Source: Octopus vulgaris
Taxonomy: Eukaryota
Length of the DNA: 64,000 nt
Reading direction: 5' to 3'
NCBI GenBank assembly: GCA_951406725.2
Contig: OX597828.1
Location: 45,260,001-45,324,000 of the forward strand
Shown here in pieces: positions 25,571 to 41,234 of this stretch. Numbering within the stretch: position 1 is the first letter of the stretch; every line of letters starts with the position of its first letter. The notes beneath the pieces are model-generated. The model was not told the DNA's origin. It saw only the letters and a program-made list of their open reading frames with translations, and searched no databases. The position numbers and the translations under genes are program-made.

Positions 25571-26392
25571 ACCAGAGCTGAGCAAAATCGCAGTCGTGGC
25601 AGATACTGGTGTCACGCAAATTGGTGCTCCAGCATGGCCACAGTCAAATGACTGAAACAAGTAAAAGAGTAAAAAGAGTAAAGAGTATTTATCTAATAAG
25701 CTGAGCTGCCAACGTTGTTACCTTGGAAGACTTCCATAGGGCCTCCACGAAGAACATTAAAGTTGAAGGGTCCTATTTCGAAGGAGATTAGAATTTTGTA
25801 TTTCTTTGAAATTAATAAATGTTTCTTCCAAAAAAAAAAATAAAGTCCCAAAACTTCTGGAACACAGCTTGTAACTAACAGCAGCATTGTATTTATAAAC
25901 AGGTAAACAGAGAAGCTAAAAGGTATTCATTATCTGTCTTTTTAATTATTGTTTAACAAGGTTATAATTAAAATAACAAAACCTCTTGAAAGACAGAAAC
26001 TGCGATTTCTGGACTGCGATTTCTGGGTTATCTTCAGACCAATTACTTGGCTCGAATACTGACAACAGAATGAAATTTGGTTGCTATTTTCATAAAAGCC
26101 TGTGCCTACCCAAGATTCTCTGATACAAACTTTCTGTTTTAAACTGAACAAAATTAAAATCTTCCAATCAAAATTTAATGTCAATTTATGTTCGTAGCAC
26201 CAGTTTAATAATGATAAAATAATTTTGCTAAATTAATTATTTTCAAAATCAGTTTAAATGATAGGAATGTATTTCATCAGAAATATAGTTAAAGTGATCA
26301 AAGATTAAAATCTTCCATCAAAATTTCATGCTAATTTATGTTCATAGCACCAGTTTAATAATGGTAAAATTATTTTGCAAAGTTCTTTGTTA

Positions 26393-26827
26393 TTTTACTC
26401 TTTTACTCCTTTACTTGTTTCAATCATTTGAATGGGGCCATGCTGGAGCACCGCCTTTAGTCGATCAAATCGACTACAGGACTTACCTTTGTAAGCTCGG
26501 TACTTATTCTATCGGTCTCTTTTGCCAAACCACTAAGTTACAGGGGCGTAAACACACCAGCATCGGTGTTCAAGTGATGTTGGAGGGGACAAACACAGAC
26601 ATACAAACCTATACACACACACACACACACACACACATACACACATATATATGTACATATTTATGACAGGGCTTCTTTCAGTTTCAGTCTACCAAATCCA
26701 CTCACAAGGCTTTGGTCAGTCTGAGGCTATAGTAGAAGACACTTGCCCAAGGTACCACGCAGTGGGACTGGACCCGGAACCATGTGGTTCGAAAGCAAGC
26801 TACTTAACACACAGCCACTCCTACGCC
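26393..26827 (-). mobile_element. SINE family A, full length
   Basis: ttttactcttttactc...ggccatgctggagcaccgcc...cacacagccactcctacgcc. Confidence 0.9.
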
Positions 26828-27156
26828 ATTAATTTAAATGATGGCAGTATATTTCAATATGGTAGCAAAAGGGTTCAAAATAATTAATTTCCAAACAGTG
26901 TTATTAAACAACAATAATTTAGATTTCCTACCTAAGTACAGTTACCTGTCCATTCTATTGACATTTGTATAATTCCTATCTGCCCAGTGCCACTCACCAA
27001 TCTTTTAACGTCCTTAATGAGAGAAATGAGTTTTTCTACTTTGCATATTTTTCTCTCTCTATGTCACTGATACCGGTTTCAATTTTTGGCACAAGGCCAG
27101 CATTCCAAAGGTGAAGTATGTCAATTACATTGACTCCGGTGTTCCACTGGTACTTA

Positions 27157-27709
27157 TTGGGTTGTCTGGAAAGTTCATACCAGTTTTTAAAGGAAAGAAA
27201 AGGGTCAATAAATACTTGCCATTACATTCTTAATCAACCAAATATGAACCATTTTGTTGAACAATGAGTCTCCGTCTTTCCTTTAACTTGAAAATACCCT
27301 CTTCCCAGAACTGAGGTGGTTTCATGGCAAAGAATTCATCAAGGTATCCTTTTACGTCATCTAAAGAATTGACATTTTTACCATTAAGACTATTCTGCAG
27401 AGACCTGAATAAGTGGAAATCCGAAGGAGCAATATCTGGTGAATATGGAGGGTGGGGTAACACATACCAGCCAAGCTGCAGCAATTTTTGTCTGGTTCCC
27501 AAAGCATCAAGTGCCGAAAATGAACTTTCTTATCTTCCATTCTAAAGGGTTACAGAATTAACACAGGTTATAGGAACATAAACCTTCTTTCACAAAAAGA
27601 TAGCTTAACCTGTGCTCTAAATGGAGGTGTAGTCAAATCCTATTTTATAGACTCAACCATATTCTAAAATAAGTTTAAAGGTAAGCTACTATAAATCGGG
27701 ACAACCCAA
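27157..27709 (-). mobile_element. Internally deleted mariner transposon nested in a family C SINE
   Basis: Termini ttgggttgtc / gacaacccaa flanked by TA on both sides. N-terminal stub MEDKKVHFRHLMLW (ATG 27540) is joined out of frame to the C-terminus with HPPYSPDIAPSDFHLF. Confidence 0.93.
27230..27502 (-). pseudogene. Mariner transposase C-terminal remnant
   Basis: LGWYVLPHPPYSPDIAPSDFHLFRSLQNSL...GIFKLKERRRLIVQQNGSY carries the mariner YSPDLAPxD motif. Confidence 0.95.
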
Positions 27710-28019
27710 TATTTTGTCAACCCCCAAAAAGGATGAAAGGCAAAGCTAACCTTGGTGGAATTTGAACTCAGAAGGTAAATGCACTTTTGTTTGTATTGCC
27801 TGCTGAGTGGACTGGAACAATATGAACTAAAGTGTCTTGCTTAAGGTCAAAATACACCATCTGGACTGAGAATTCAAACTATGGCTTTAGGATAAATACC
27901 AATGGTCAAAACTTCTAGGTGAATATGTGGTAAAAAGCTTACTTCTGAACCACATGGTTCCGGGTTCAGTCTCACTGCATTGAACCTTGGGCAAGTGTCT
28001 TCTACGATAGCCTCATCAT

Positions 28020-28023
28020 CATT

Positions 28024-28056
<33 letters not shown>

Positions 28057-28275
28057 TTAATGTCTGTTGTCCATGCTGGCATGGGCTGCACAGTTTGAAT
28101 AGGGTTGACTCCAGTCTGATTCGGTATTGTATACTACGGCTGGATGGTCTTCTTAACACCAACCACTTCGAGAGTGTAACAGGTGCTTTTATGTGCCAAC
28201 TGGCATGGGTGCCAATTTGTGTAACATCGTAATCTGCCACAAATGCGATTTTGCTCAGCTTCATGGATCTTCTTC
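28020..28275 (-). mobile_element. Family B copy
   Basis: (cat)n-cttaatgtctgttgtccatgctggcatggg...caaccacttcgagagtgtaacaggtgcttttatgtgcca. Confidence 0.75.
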
Positions 28276-28446
28276 TCAAGCACATACATATATGTGTGCG
28301 TGTGTGTATTATATTATATATATATATATCACTATCTCAGTCACATGCTATGATCTATTCATTCTCTTGTGTATATGTCTACATACAAGTATTTTTTTCC
28401 TGATGTCTATGCATTTAGATTTGTGTGTGTGTGTGTGTATATGTAT

Positions 28447-28500
<54 letters not shown>

Positions 28501-28518
28501 TTATATATATGCATATAC

Positions 28519-28615
<97 letters not shown>

Positions 28616-30014
28616 GTTATATATGTACGTAATTATGTTCTATGTAAGTTACTTATGTAAGTGCGTACTTAACATAAATACTTATACACAAACATACACA
28701 ATACATACATACACATGCATGTATGTATGTATATATATATATGATGTGATTAAATTATACGTGTTTAAGTGTTAGTAAATAAATGAAAAGCAGAAAGAAA
28801 GATCACATAAGAGAAGAATTTAAAAGAAGTACCAATAAATTCCAAGAGCAAGAAGAATTCAAAATTGGTAAGAAGAAATTCTAATTACCAATATTATGTA
28901 GAACTGGAATCTTATCAATGTTCCCAAATAGTTTAGGAACTACGTTTTTCTATTGCTTATAAGCAATGTCTATCAATAATAATTTACAAGAAGAATATTG
29001 AAGAAGATAAAGAAGAATCTTTAGGGTATATTCTTCAGAATTCTTCAAAAATAAAGCCCCTAATGCTAGTTATTTCATTGGTCCCTCTTCATCCATTAGA
29101 TTGGTATAATTTAGAAATTGTTTGTGAGATTCTTAATATGTTTGTAAAACCAGGAAATGGTTTGAAGGCAAAACTTATTGTGACTGAATATCTAATTCTA
29201 GACTAAATTTTACCGGTTCTTTTATTAAACCTTCTGAGAGGAAAATAATTTCAAAACATATATTTTATAGTCCATTCTTTGCTTCAGGCATTGCCATTTT
29301 TCTCCTGTATTATCTCCTCCTCCTCCTCCTCTTGTTCTCTTTCTGCCTCTCTCATTCTATCTATCTCTTTTCTCTGTTTATTGTTTCTTCCCTCTGTCTG
29401 TCTCTTCTTCTCTGTCTCTCTCTCTCTCCGTCCCTGTTCCCTTCTCCATTCTTGTCTTTCCTTTCTCTCCCAATCTTTTAAACCTCTCCTGCCTCATTTT
29501 TTTATCTGTCTTACAAACTCTCTTTCTCTCTCTCTCTATTCCTTTAGGTTTCTGTACATATAACAAGGTGAAAGTGCATAAAGAGAAGGGCAGCTAATTG
29601 CATTGACCTTCGTTTATTACAACTACTTAATTAACTCTAAAAGAAACAAACGTAATTTCAGTACAAACAGGATTGGAACTCAGATCATATAGGTTTGTAT
29701 GGTTTCTGATCCAATACTTCTATCCACTTCACCACATCACTTATTATTTTTTTATATATATATAACATTGAACTTTCCAAGTACAAGAAATTTCAGAAAT
29801 GAGAATTCTTCAGCATAAGAAGGTTTCTTCATGATTTCTTAGATGAGGGCCAAAATAACAACTGTTCCTGAGGACTGACAGAATCGTTATTTACATGATG
29901 AACAAAAATGCATGGCACTATTTCTTCTGACTCTATACACTCTAAGTTCAAATAATGTACAGGTCGACTTGGCCTTTCATCTTTCCAAGCTTGGTAAAAT
30001 AAGCCCCCATTGAG

Positions 30015-30151
30015 CATTTTTAGTATTCTTGTTTGTGACAGCAGTCGAGTTTATTTCAGATATCCTCATTTTAAAAATCCTCTCCGGCTAATCATTGAGA
30101 GGACATTGGTGTTGACTTGGCAGAGGTTTGTGCTCTCTCAGTGCTCTTGTT
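30015..30151 (+). mobile_element. Helentron-like element, 3' part (second copy)
   Basis: Matches 12008-12139, including ggcagaggtttgtgctctctcagtgctcttgtt. Confidence 0.7.
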
Positions 30152-30791
30152 AGTATTACTATGATTCCAAAAATGGTGAATGAGCAGAATCATCAACATG
30201 CCGATCATAATGCTTAGCTGCATTTCGTTTATCTTTATGTTCTAAGTTAAAATTCTACCAAGCTCAACTTTGCCTTACATCCTTTCAGGGTCCATAAAAT
30301 AAGTACCAGTTGAACAATGGGGTTGATGTACTTGACTAACCCCTCCCCTAAACTTGCAGGCCTTGTGCCAAAAATTGAAACAAATATTACTATAATTCCA
30401 TAAATGCTAAATGTGTTAAATGACTAGAGAATGCCAAATATTTTTAAAAAGGCAATGGATAATAATTATGTGATGTTACGGCATTCATGCCCTTCTCAAA
30501 AGAGTATATGACAGTGGTAAGTATTTAAAGCTGTATGACTCCAACCATCAGCAAAATAGGAGAAGATTGCAGTCTCAAACTGATGGAAGTCTGACGCTCA
30601 CATTACAAAGTTGAAGCATTGATCCTACTAAAAATTAGAGAAGAAATGGTCTTTTGCAGGAGACCAGCCAGATATCGTAAATACAAGAGTAAATGAATGC
30701 TTTAATACACAAATTTCCTTTTCTTTGCTTTTCTCTTTCTCTTTCTCCATGTCTCTGTCTCTCTCACTCTCTCTCTCTCTCTATATATATG

Positions 30792-30842
<51 letters not shown>

Positions 30843-31079
30843 ATATATATAAATATATATTCATGCATACACACATATGAATATATAAATATAATATATA
30901 TACATAGATATATGATTTATACATATATGTACAATGTATATGTGTACGTATATATATGTGTGTGTATGTGTAGACAGATAGATATATATATAAACAGAGA
31001 GACAGACAGACAGACCGATAAATAGGTAAATATAATGGCTTGTTTGAATTTCTACTCTGTGCGTGTGTGTGTATATGTG

Positions 31080-31140
<61 letters not shown>

Positions 31141-31145
31141 ATATC

Positions 31146-31353
31146 TCTCTTTTACTGTTTTACTTGTTTCAGTCATTTGACTGCGGCCATGCTGGAGCAC
31201 CGCCTTTAGTCGAGCAAATCGACCCCGGGACTTATTCTTTGTAAGCTCAGTACTTATTCTATTGGTCTCTTTTGCCGAACCGCTAAGTGACGGGGACGTA
31301 AACACACCAGCATCGGTTGTCAAGCAATGCTAGGGGGACAAACACAGACACAC

Positions 31354-31400
<47 letters not shown>

Positions 31401-31577
31401 CATACACATATATACGACAGGCTTCTTTCAGTTTCCGTCTACCAAATCCACTCACAAGGCTTTGGTCGGCCCGGGGCTATAGTAGAAGACACTTGCCCAA
31501 GATGCCACGCAGTGGGACTGAACCCGGAACCATGTGGCTGGTTAGCAAGCTACTTACCACACAGCCACTCCTGCGCA
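31146..31577 (-). mobile_element. SINE family A, full length, little diverged from other copies
   Basis: Complete reverse complement of head, CORE-like domain, microsatellite and tail. Confidence 0.92.
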
Positions 31578-32418
31578 TACATATATGTATGTATATATAT
31601 ATAACAGCAAAACATGTATATATAAACATATATACATGTTTTGCTGTTATATATATATATATGAATACATACATACATACAGATATATATACACGCACAT
31701 ACACACATCTCCATCTATAAAACAGCAAAACAGTTTTCTGTCTTATTTTCCTAAAACTTTACTTTCATTTCCTTTTTTTTTAAATTTTTATTTTTATTTT
31801 TGTTTTTGCATTTGTCTTGTTTTCTTCCAAGATTTGGATTATTTCTCATAATAGCAACAAAGTTGTCACCCTGAAGCAATCTCATGCCGACTCTTGTAAC
31901 AACAGCTGTTTCACCATTCCAACACTGTATCGATACCAATTAATTTTTCATAGACATGTTATTTTTATATGTATCTAACCATGAAACCAACAGACCGACC
32001 GACCAACGAACCAGTCAGCCAGCCAGCCAGCCAGCCAGCTAGCCAACTTACGTATCCATCCACTCATCCAACCCAAGCACTACACCACAACCACCACTAC
32101 CAACACCACCACCACCAACACTGCCACCTCCATAAGTACTGCTGTTGCTACTATTACAACTACTACTACTGCTGCTGCTGCTACTACTACTACTACTACT
32201 ACTATATAACTGCACCAACACTGCCATCACTGCAGTATACAATTCCAACACTATCATCACCACCACCATCATCATCATCATCACCATTATCATCATCATC
32301 ATCATCATCATCATCACCACCACCGTTGTCGTCGTTGTCATCATCATCATCATCAACATCATCATCACCATTCATCACCATCATTATAATCGTCATCTTC
32401 ATCATCGTGATCATCATC

Positions 32419-32450
<32 letters not shown>

Positions 32451-32559
32451 CTCTACCACTGCAATCACCAACACAACATATATACATGTATAGGAAAGTG
32501 CTTACATATATGAATGTGTGTGTGTATGTTTGTGCATGTGTGTGTATGTGAGGCATGCA

Positions 32560-32605
<46 letters not shown>

Positions 32606-32717
32606 TGTGTGTGTGTGTCTTTCACATCACACCACTATATAAACTACAAACAAGATTTACTTGCAGAACAAGAGATAAGTATTCACCTGATGATCACCAT
32701 CAACAACCATCACTGAT

Positions 32718-32753
<36 letters not shown>

Positions 32754-33197
32754 CCACCACCACCACCACCACCACCAACAACAACAAGAACAACAACATC
32801 ATCATCATCATCACCATTATCATAACCTTCCCCTTCACCAACACCACCAACAACAACAACACCATCACCTTCACCACCATCACCATCATCGTTATTGTCA
32901 TCACCATCATGACAGCTACTCCCACTACAACCGCCATCGCCACCACCACCATCGCCACCACAATCCCTACCACTACCATTGCTGTCATCACCATTGTTAT
33001 CATCATCTTTATCATCGTCACCACCATCAAAATCACCACCACCACCACCACCACCACCACCACCACCACCACCACCACCACCATTATCATCATCACATCC
33101 ACTACTGCCACCACCACCACCACCACCATTATCACCACCACTATACCATTGCTGTCATTATTGATGTTAACATCATCTTAATCATTATCATCATCAC

Positions 33198-33229
<32 letters not shown>

Positions 33230-35231
33230 ACATCATTGACAAATGTATTTCCCAAAATTTAATGTTTGTACCTTGACACATACAAATAACAATAACCTGA
33301 ATTTTAATAACGGCTTTGTTTTTGCTACCAGCCAGAATTAATTGTTGGTCATAGGTTGGCTTCAGGTGAAAAAAAAAAACAAATGTTGCAAAATAAGAAA
33401 AGAAAATAGGTGCAATATGTTACAAAAGACAGTACCTCTTTGCCTGAGGAATACAACCAAGAATAGACAATGAAGAATGTAATATATGGCTGTGATTCCA
33501 AAAATAAATGATGTAGTGAACTTATATAGCAACAAGAAAATGGCTGGAAGAAGCCTTGACCAATGTGTGGCATAACATTGCCTCTATTGACTCGGGAATG
33601 GTATATGGAGTGGTTGGCATTAGGAAGAGCATCCAGGCATGGAAAAATCATGCCAAATCAGACTGGATCCTGGCACAGCCTTCCAGCATGCTATCCCAGT
33701 CAAACCGTCCAATCCATGCCAGTACGGACAACAGATGTTGAATGATGATGATGATGTGAACGCCATGGAGGCTGAAGATGTATGGTAAACCAGTGGGGAC
33801 AGCTAATTGGGCATTCTAATGATCCACAGTCTTTGTCTCTTCTATAAAAATTCCTTTATGCTGCAGCCCCGTAGAGTCATAGAAAACTAGGTCTTCGGTT
33901 ATTCCTATATACCACATAACTATTGATAATGTCTTTCCATAGAGAGATTTCAGTAATCAGTAACAATATAATTCATTAGGTTTGTTTGTGGGATGAGAGC
34001 ATAGATAGAGGCTTTTGTAGCTGTTGTTGCTTTTGTTGTTTTAAATAGGAGAATATTTACAAGATGTTACAAGTGAGTGGAGATGTGTGAGGTATCTGAC
34101 AAGACCAACTAAATCAATCCACGAGGCATAAGTTAAGATGATTGGTTATATCCGAGAGTCAAAATCTTGTTTACAACCTCATTAAGTTGGTTGACTTGGA
34201 GGGCCTGAGAGGGCCATAAGCACAACTGCAACAAATGCTCACACACCCACCCACTGCTTCCTCCAGACTAACACATTAAAAAAACAAAAAAGCTCAAACA
34301 ACATAGCAAAAGTTAAATTAACATCTGTTACTACTGAATAAATTTAATTAACTCAATTTAATTAGGCTATCAGTGTATTAATGTTTTAACTGGCTGCATT
34401 TTAGAAATCATAAGATTCCAGTAAACAGAACAACAGTAACAACAATAACATCAACAACATAGTCGTCGTCAACGTCATCGTCATTGTCGTCAACAACGAC
34501 AACAATAACAACAAAATGTATGGTCTATGATTTAGACACAAGGCCAATGCTTATAAAGGGGCCACTCGATACCACCAACCCTACACCCCACCCAATGCTC
34601 CATTCAGCCCCAGGAGGACGAAGGCCAAAGTTGACTTCATCAGGATTTGAACCTAGAATGTAGAGAGTCCAACCCGACCAACATCCATCCACAAATCCCA
34701 ACAATACAAGACAAACATGTTTTGATGTATCTCTTTCTCTCTTTTCTCTCTCTTTCTCTCTTTCATTGATCTTTCATAATTCTTCCTCTCTCTCTTTCAC
34801 CTCCCACCCTCTCTCTTTCTCTTCCCTCCCTCCCTCTCTCTCTCTCTCAGCCACCCACTCGCCTTCTTCTCTTCTCTTTTTCACCCTAACTTCTAAACCA
34901 TCCGCATCACCATCACCATCACCATCTCCAGCGCCACCTCTACCATCATTCACCCTCTACCTCCAAACACCTTCCCAACCATCCAACACCCCCCTCCCCC
35001 TCGGCCCCCTTCACCACCCCTGCCATCTAAATACGTAAGCTATTGATAGATTAGGTCAATGAAACAACCAACTAGTTCGTCCGGTATCATATACCGAGCG
35101 AAAAATAACAGTATTTATTGATTCTTTTTGTATCACTGTTTGTTGTTTTTTTTTTCCTTAACTTTTTATCTTTATATTTATTATTCTTTATCTGCGTATG
35201 GTTTTGTTCCGCCATATTCTAAACGTTCTAA

Positions 35232-35906
<675 letters not shown>

Positions 35907-36058
35907 CGATAATATATTGAAGCATAGTTTGGTGTTTTGGTTGAAGACATAACTCATTTTGAAAACTGTTACTTTTTGTTTCTCTTTCACAGAAGGAATA
36001 TAAATGGTCCTTAACATATTACGTTCTGTTAGGATGATGACGATGATGCCTGTCTCAT

Positions 36059-36108
<50 letters not shown>

Positions 36109-36424
36109 GTTACTCATTCCTTTTTTCCTTTCTTTTTCTATCAATTCAACAAGGAATTGTATCACAGTCAATCTGTTCTTTTGTTGCTCTCTTTCCATCA
36201 TTCTTTCATATCTTTTTCTTTTTTTTTTTTCTTATTTGCTATTCTGTATGATCGATCATTAAAGTCAACTTTCTGACATGTTAAAATATTCCTCTTTATT
36301 TTCGTTTTTTTTTAATACATATATTCTTTCCCCCTTTTTGCCTTTTGCCTTTTTTCCTCTTCTCCTTAGCGCTTACCAAGTCCTGTACAGCCATCAATAT
36401 TTATACCGTTACAACATCAAGGGT

Positions 36425-36545
36425 ATAAGCTAACCTTCCATGCTTTCATATTATTTTCATCAAGGATGTAAGTGACCTTCCATGGTTTTATATTATTTTA
36501 TCAAGGACATAAGTGACCTTTTCTATTACTTCATCAAGGACATAC
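36425..36545. repeat. Degenerate ~42-bp tandem repeat x3
   Basis: aag(c/t)...accttccatg...tattattt...atcaagga recurs. Confidence 0.65.
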
Positions 36546-36794
36546 TAGATTTTTCCGTCTTTGAAATATTAATTTCCGCATAGTTATATTTCACCTATGA
36601 CATTAATTCGTTTCCTTCTCAATGATATAAACCTTTGCATCTGAATTTTATAATAAAAGTATTTTATGATGTAATTTTCAGTTTCATTTTGTTCCTAGTT
36701 ATAACTATAACTTTGTATTTTTTTTTTTAAATATACAAGTAATCTGAACTGAGAATGTAAAGACAGATGAAATATTGCTAATCTTGTTGTTCAG

Positions 36795-37295
36795 CATCAT
36801 TTAACGTCCGCTTCCCATACTAGCATGGGTTGGACGATTTGACTGAGGACTGGCAAACCAGATGGCTGCACCAGGCTCCAATCTGATCTGACAGAGTTTC
36901 TACAGCTGGAGGCCCTTCCTAATGTCAACCACTCCGAGAGTGTAGTGGGTGCTTTTATGTGCCACCGGCACAAGGGCCAGTCAGGCAGTACTGGCAATGG
37001 CCACACTCAAATGGTGTTTTTTACTTGCCACCTGCACAGGAACCAGTCCAGCAGCACTTGCAATGATCTCACTCGAATGTTTTTCTCGTGCCAGTAAGAC
37101 AATGCTGGTAACGATCACGTTTGAATGGTGCTTTTTATGTGCCACCAGCACGGAAGCCAGTCAGCTGCTCTGGCACCTCGGACAGTGCTCTTAGAGCTCC
37201 ACTGGCATAGGTGCCAGTCATCGAATTTGCAAATTTGATTTCAATTTCAAATTCACTTGCCTCGACAGGTCTTTACAAGCAGAGTTTCGTGTCCA
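36795..37295 (-). mobile_element. Family B long copy with internal tandem subrepeats
   Basis: Repeated gtgcttttatgtgccacc blocks. Confidence 0.85.
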
Positions 37296-37339
37296 ATGTA
37301 GGAACAACAACAATAATAATAATAGTAATAATAATAATT

Positions 37340-37565
37340 CTTTTATTCTTTTACTTGTTTCAGTCATTTAACTGTGGCCATGCTGGAGCACCGCCTTCGT
37401 TGAACAAATCAACCTCAGGACTTATTCTTTGTTAGCATAGTACTTATTTTATCAGTCTCTTTTGCTGAACCACTAAGTTATGGGGATGTAAACACACCAG
37501 CATCAGTGGTCAAGTAATGTTGTAGAGGGGGAACAAACAAGACTCACAGCCATTCCTACGCCTAT
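37340..37565 (-). mobile_element. SINE family A, internally deleted
   Basis: Tail and 3' body joined directly to cacagccattcctacgcc (head). Confidence 0.75.
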
Positions 37566-37728
37566 AACACAGTCACTCATATGCCTATACATAGCCACAA
37601 TAATAATAATAATGATAATGTTAATGGTTTCAAATTTTGGCACAATTTCAGTAATTTCAGGAGTGTGGGGCAAATAGATTACATCAACCCAAGTGCTTTA
37701 CTGGTACTTTGTTTATTGTCACTGAAAC

Positions 37729-38267
37729 ATGTATGTATGTATGTATGTATGTATGTATGTATGTATGTATGTACATACGTATGTATGTATGTATGTATGT
37801 ATGTATGTATGTATGTATGTATGTGTATGTATGTATGTATGTATGTATGTATGTATGTGTGTATGTATGTATGTATGTATGTATGTGTGTATGTATGTAT
37901 GTATGTGTATATGTATGTGTGTATGTATGTATGTATGTATGTATGTATGTATGTATGTGTGTGTATGTATGTATGTATGTATGTATGTGTGTATGTATGT
38001 ATGTATGTATGTATGTGTGTATGTATGTGTGTATGTGTATGTGTGTATGTATGTGTGTATGTATGTATGTATGTATGTATGTGTGTATGTATGTGTGTAT
38101 GTATGTATGTATGTATGTATGTATGTATGTATGTATGTATGTGTGTGTGTATGTATGTATGTATGTATGTATGTATGTACGTACGTATGTATGTATGTAT
38201 GTATGTATGTATGTATGTGTGTATGTATGTATGTATGTATGTATGTATGTATGTGTGTATGTATGTA
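37729..38267. repeat. (TATG)n microsatellite, ~540 bp
   Basis: Direct inspection. Confidence 0.97.
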
Positions 38268-38768
38268 TTGAATATTGAGATGATGGTGCACAAGCACCGG
38301 TTGCGTTGGACTGGGAACCTTATTAGAATGAAGGATAGAAGGATTCCTAAGCATATGCTCTATGGAGAACTTGTGAATGGAAGGAGACTCCGGCAGGAAC
38401 CAAGGCTGCGATTTAAGGACTGTGTCAAGTCCTCATTAAAGGCCTGCGATATGCAGGACACTGACTGGGAGAACAATGCCTGTCATCACCACAGATGGAG
38501 GAAGCAGGTTAAAGAGGGGATCGACACTTTTGAGAGAGCATGTATCCAGCATGAAGAACTTAGGCGAGCGGCACAAAAGCGCACGGCTCGTATAGTGAAT
38601 GGGGTAAGCTTGGTCTGCAATGTTTGCAGTCATGTATGCTTGTCAAGAAGAGGGCTCATTAGCCACCAACGGAGCCGCAAATGCAAAATATAAGTTAGTC
38701 CTAGAGCGCACAATGTTCCTAAAGGTCGGCAATGGTCTTCCTCGGTCACGAGTGGATGGCCATTATGT
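38268..38768 (+). mobile_element. 5'-truncated RTE-clade LINE: ORF C-terminus with C2H2 finger and 3' UTR
   Basis: RLRWTGNLIRMKDRRIPKHMLYGELVNGRR...RFKDCVKSSLK...W...RWRK...CNVCSHVCLSRRGLISHQRS; stop at 38693. Confidence 0.92.
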
Positions 38769-39524
38769 ACGTAAGTTACTGTCTACTAAATGCACTCACA
38801 AGGCTTTGGTCAGCTCAAAGACAATTGCCCGAGGTACCACACAGTGGAACTGAACCTGGAACCATGTAATTGGGAAACAGTAGTCAATATATGTGTATGT
38901 AAACAGGACAAGCTTCTTTCAGTTGTCTGGCAAATTCACTCTCAATACTTTGGTTGACCTCTAGCTATGTAGTGGGGTTGAAATCAAATGCTTATAGTTG
39001 GTAAGCAAACTGCTAAACCACGTTGCTATGCCTGTACATCATTTAGAAATAATTATTTTTGTACAACATGCTGGCCAACAGGTTATTTGAAAGATTAAAA
39101 GGTTTACCATAACAGGGAGTGAGTGGCACAACAATAACATGATGAAGATTTTAATTTGAAAATATAACGATAAAGAAAAAAGGAAATAGCAACCAAAAAT
39201 ATTATTTAAAATTATCAGAGTTAAAATAAAAAGATTATTAAAATAAATAAATAAATAATTAAACAAATAGATAAATAAAACGGAAAGTAAATTTGGCTTC
39301 ACAGGTTCAATTCAATGTGGGGATTTATTCAAATATAATGTTTTCTGTCTTTTTTTTTAAATATATATGTTGTGTGTGTGTAATTTTTTTTCTCTCTAAC
39401 ATATTTATTTCTGGAAAACAAATTCTGTGAAAGAAAAAGAACAACAACAAAAACAATAATATTTATAATAATGATGATAATGTTGCTGATTCCGAATATG
39501 TTAGTTTCCGGGAATAATGTTAAC

Positions 39525-39583
<59 letters not shown>

Positions 39584-40409
39584 TAATCATTACTATTGAC
39601 TATTGCAACATAGGCACCATAACAATTATGGCAGATAATGATGAGGATAGGAAAGGGGAGGGAGATCTCAGATGATGATGATGATGATGATGATGATGGT
39701 GAATATGATGGCGATGGTGGTGTTGGTGGTGATTGTAGTCATAGTTGTTGTTGGTGGTGGTGATGGTGTCGGTGGTGATGATGACGACGACGACGATGAT
39801 GTTGATGATGACAGTGGTAGTGATGGGGATGGGATAGTAATGATGAGGATGGTGAAGAAGAAGTGAAGGCAATAATGTTTGTGATACTTAATTATGGAAG
39901 CCAATTTTGGAAGCGAAACGTTTTAAATTGTTCATCTCACTGCTTAAAGTAGAAAACAACATGCATGGATACAGACACGTTAATGGTATATACACAGAGA
40001 CACACATACACAAGCACATGTGGATTTATAAATACACGCAAACACACACACGTGTGTGTGTGTGTGTGAGAGCAACAAAACACAAACATATCTCCATGCT
40101 CTTGCATGCACGCATACACACACGCGCACAAATACACACGCGCACAAATGCACAAATACACATCTGTACTTCTAGAAACATAATTATACATATATATATA
40201 TATACACACATGTATACATACATACACATACACATTCACACACACACACACAGGCATGCACAAACACACATTGTACTTCTAGAAACATAATTAGACGTAT
40301 ACATACACACATGCATGTATACATACACACAAACATTCACACACACACACACACACACCTATACCTCTAGAAACATAATTAGGACATGCACATACACTCA
40401 CACATGTAT

Positions 40410-40446
<37 letters not shown>

Positions 40447-40534
40447 TGCATATGTTTGTGTATGCACAAACATATGAAATGCCAACACTTGGAGATAGAT
40501 GCATAGATGCATGTGCATATACAAACAGACTTGC

Positions 40535-40573
<39 letters not shown>

Positions 40574-41234
40574 TGTACACAGAGGTTCTGTGAGTGTGTA
40601 TGTGCATGTTTGTGCACACAAATGTAAACAAGATGAGATGCAGACACATAAGAACGTACATGCAGAAGCATAAACATTCACATAGGTACACACACACATA
40701 ATGAATAATGAAAAAAGCACATAGATTATAATAACGAAATAAAAAAAGAAAATTGTCTTAATGTCTATAATAAAGATTCCTTAATCAAACTATGTAATTT
40801 GGAATCTCAGAAATAATTCTAAAAAAATATATATAAAAAAAAAAACCATATTTCACACAAACAGCAGGAATAGCAATAACAATAATAACAACAACAACAC
40901 CAACAACAACAACAACAGGATAATCAATATGGCTTCCTAATATGGAGATAGAGATAACAACGTTAATACTAATCAAATGTTTTTATTTTACAAGATTTTG
41001 TGTGGCACAGATTTAAGTGCTGCCATTCTTGTTGTTGTTGTTGTTGTTGTTGTTGTTGCTGCTTTCATGGTGGTGGTGGTAGTAGTAGTGGTAGTATTTA
41101 GCCCTATGTTAGCCTACATTCAGCAGGTCTATATCTGCAATCTTCACCTCCAATCTTGTTAGTTTTTTTTTTTTTTTATCTCAGACATAGGACCTTGGAT
41201 AATGTATATGGCTCTGGAGTAAAAAAAAAAAAAA

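Noticed and set aside
37581-38693. 370-aa ORF as a novel repeat-RTE fusion protein
   Set aside because: The N-terminal part is (TATG)n, open by construction. Only 38268-38693 is real, and it is a truncated LINE remnant.
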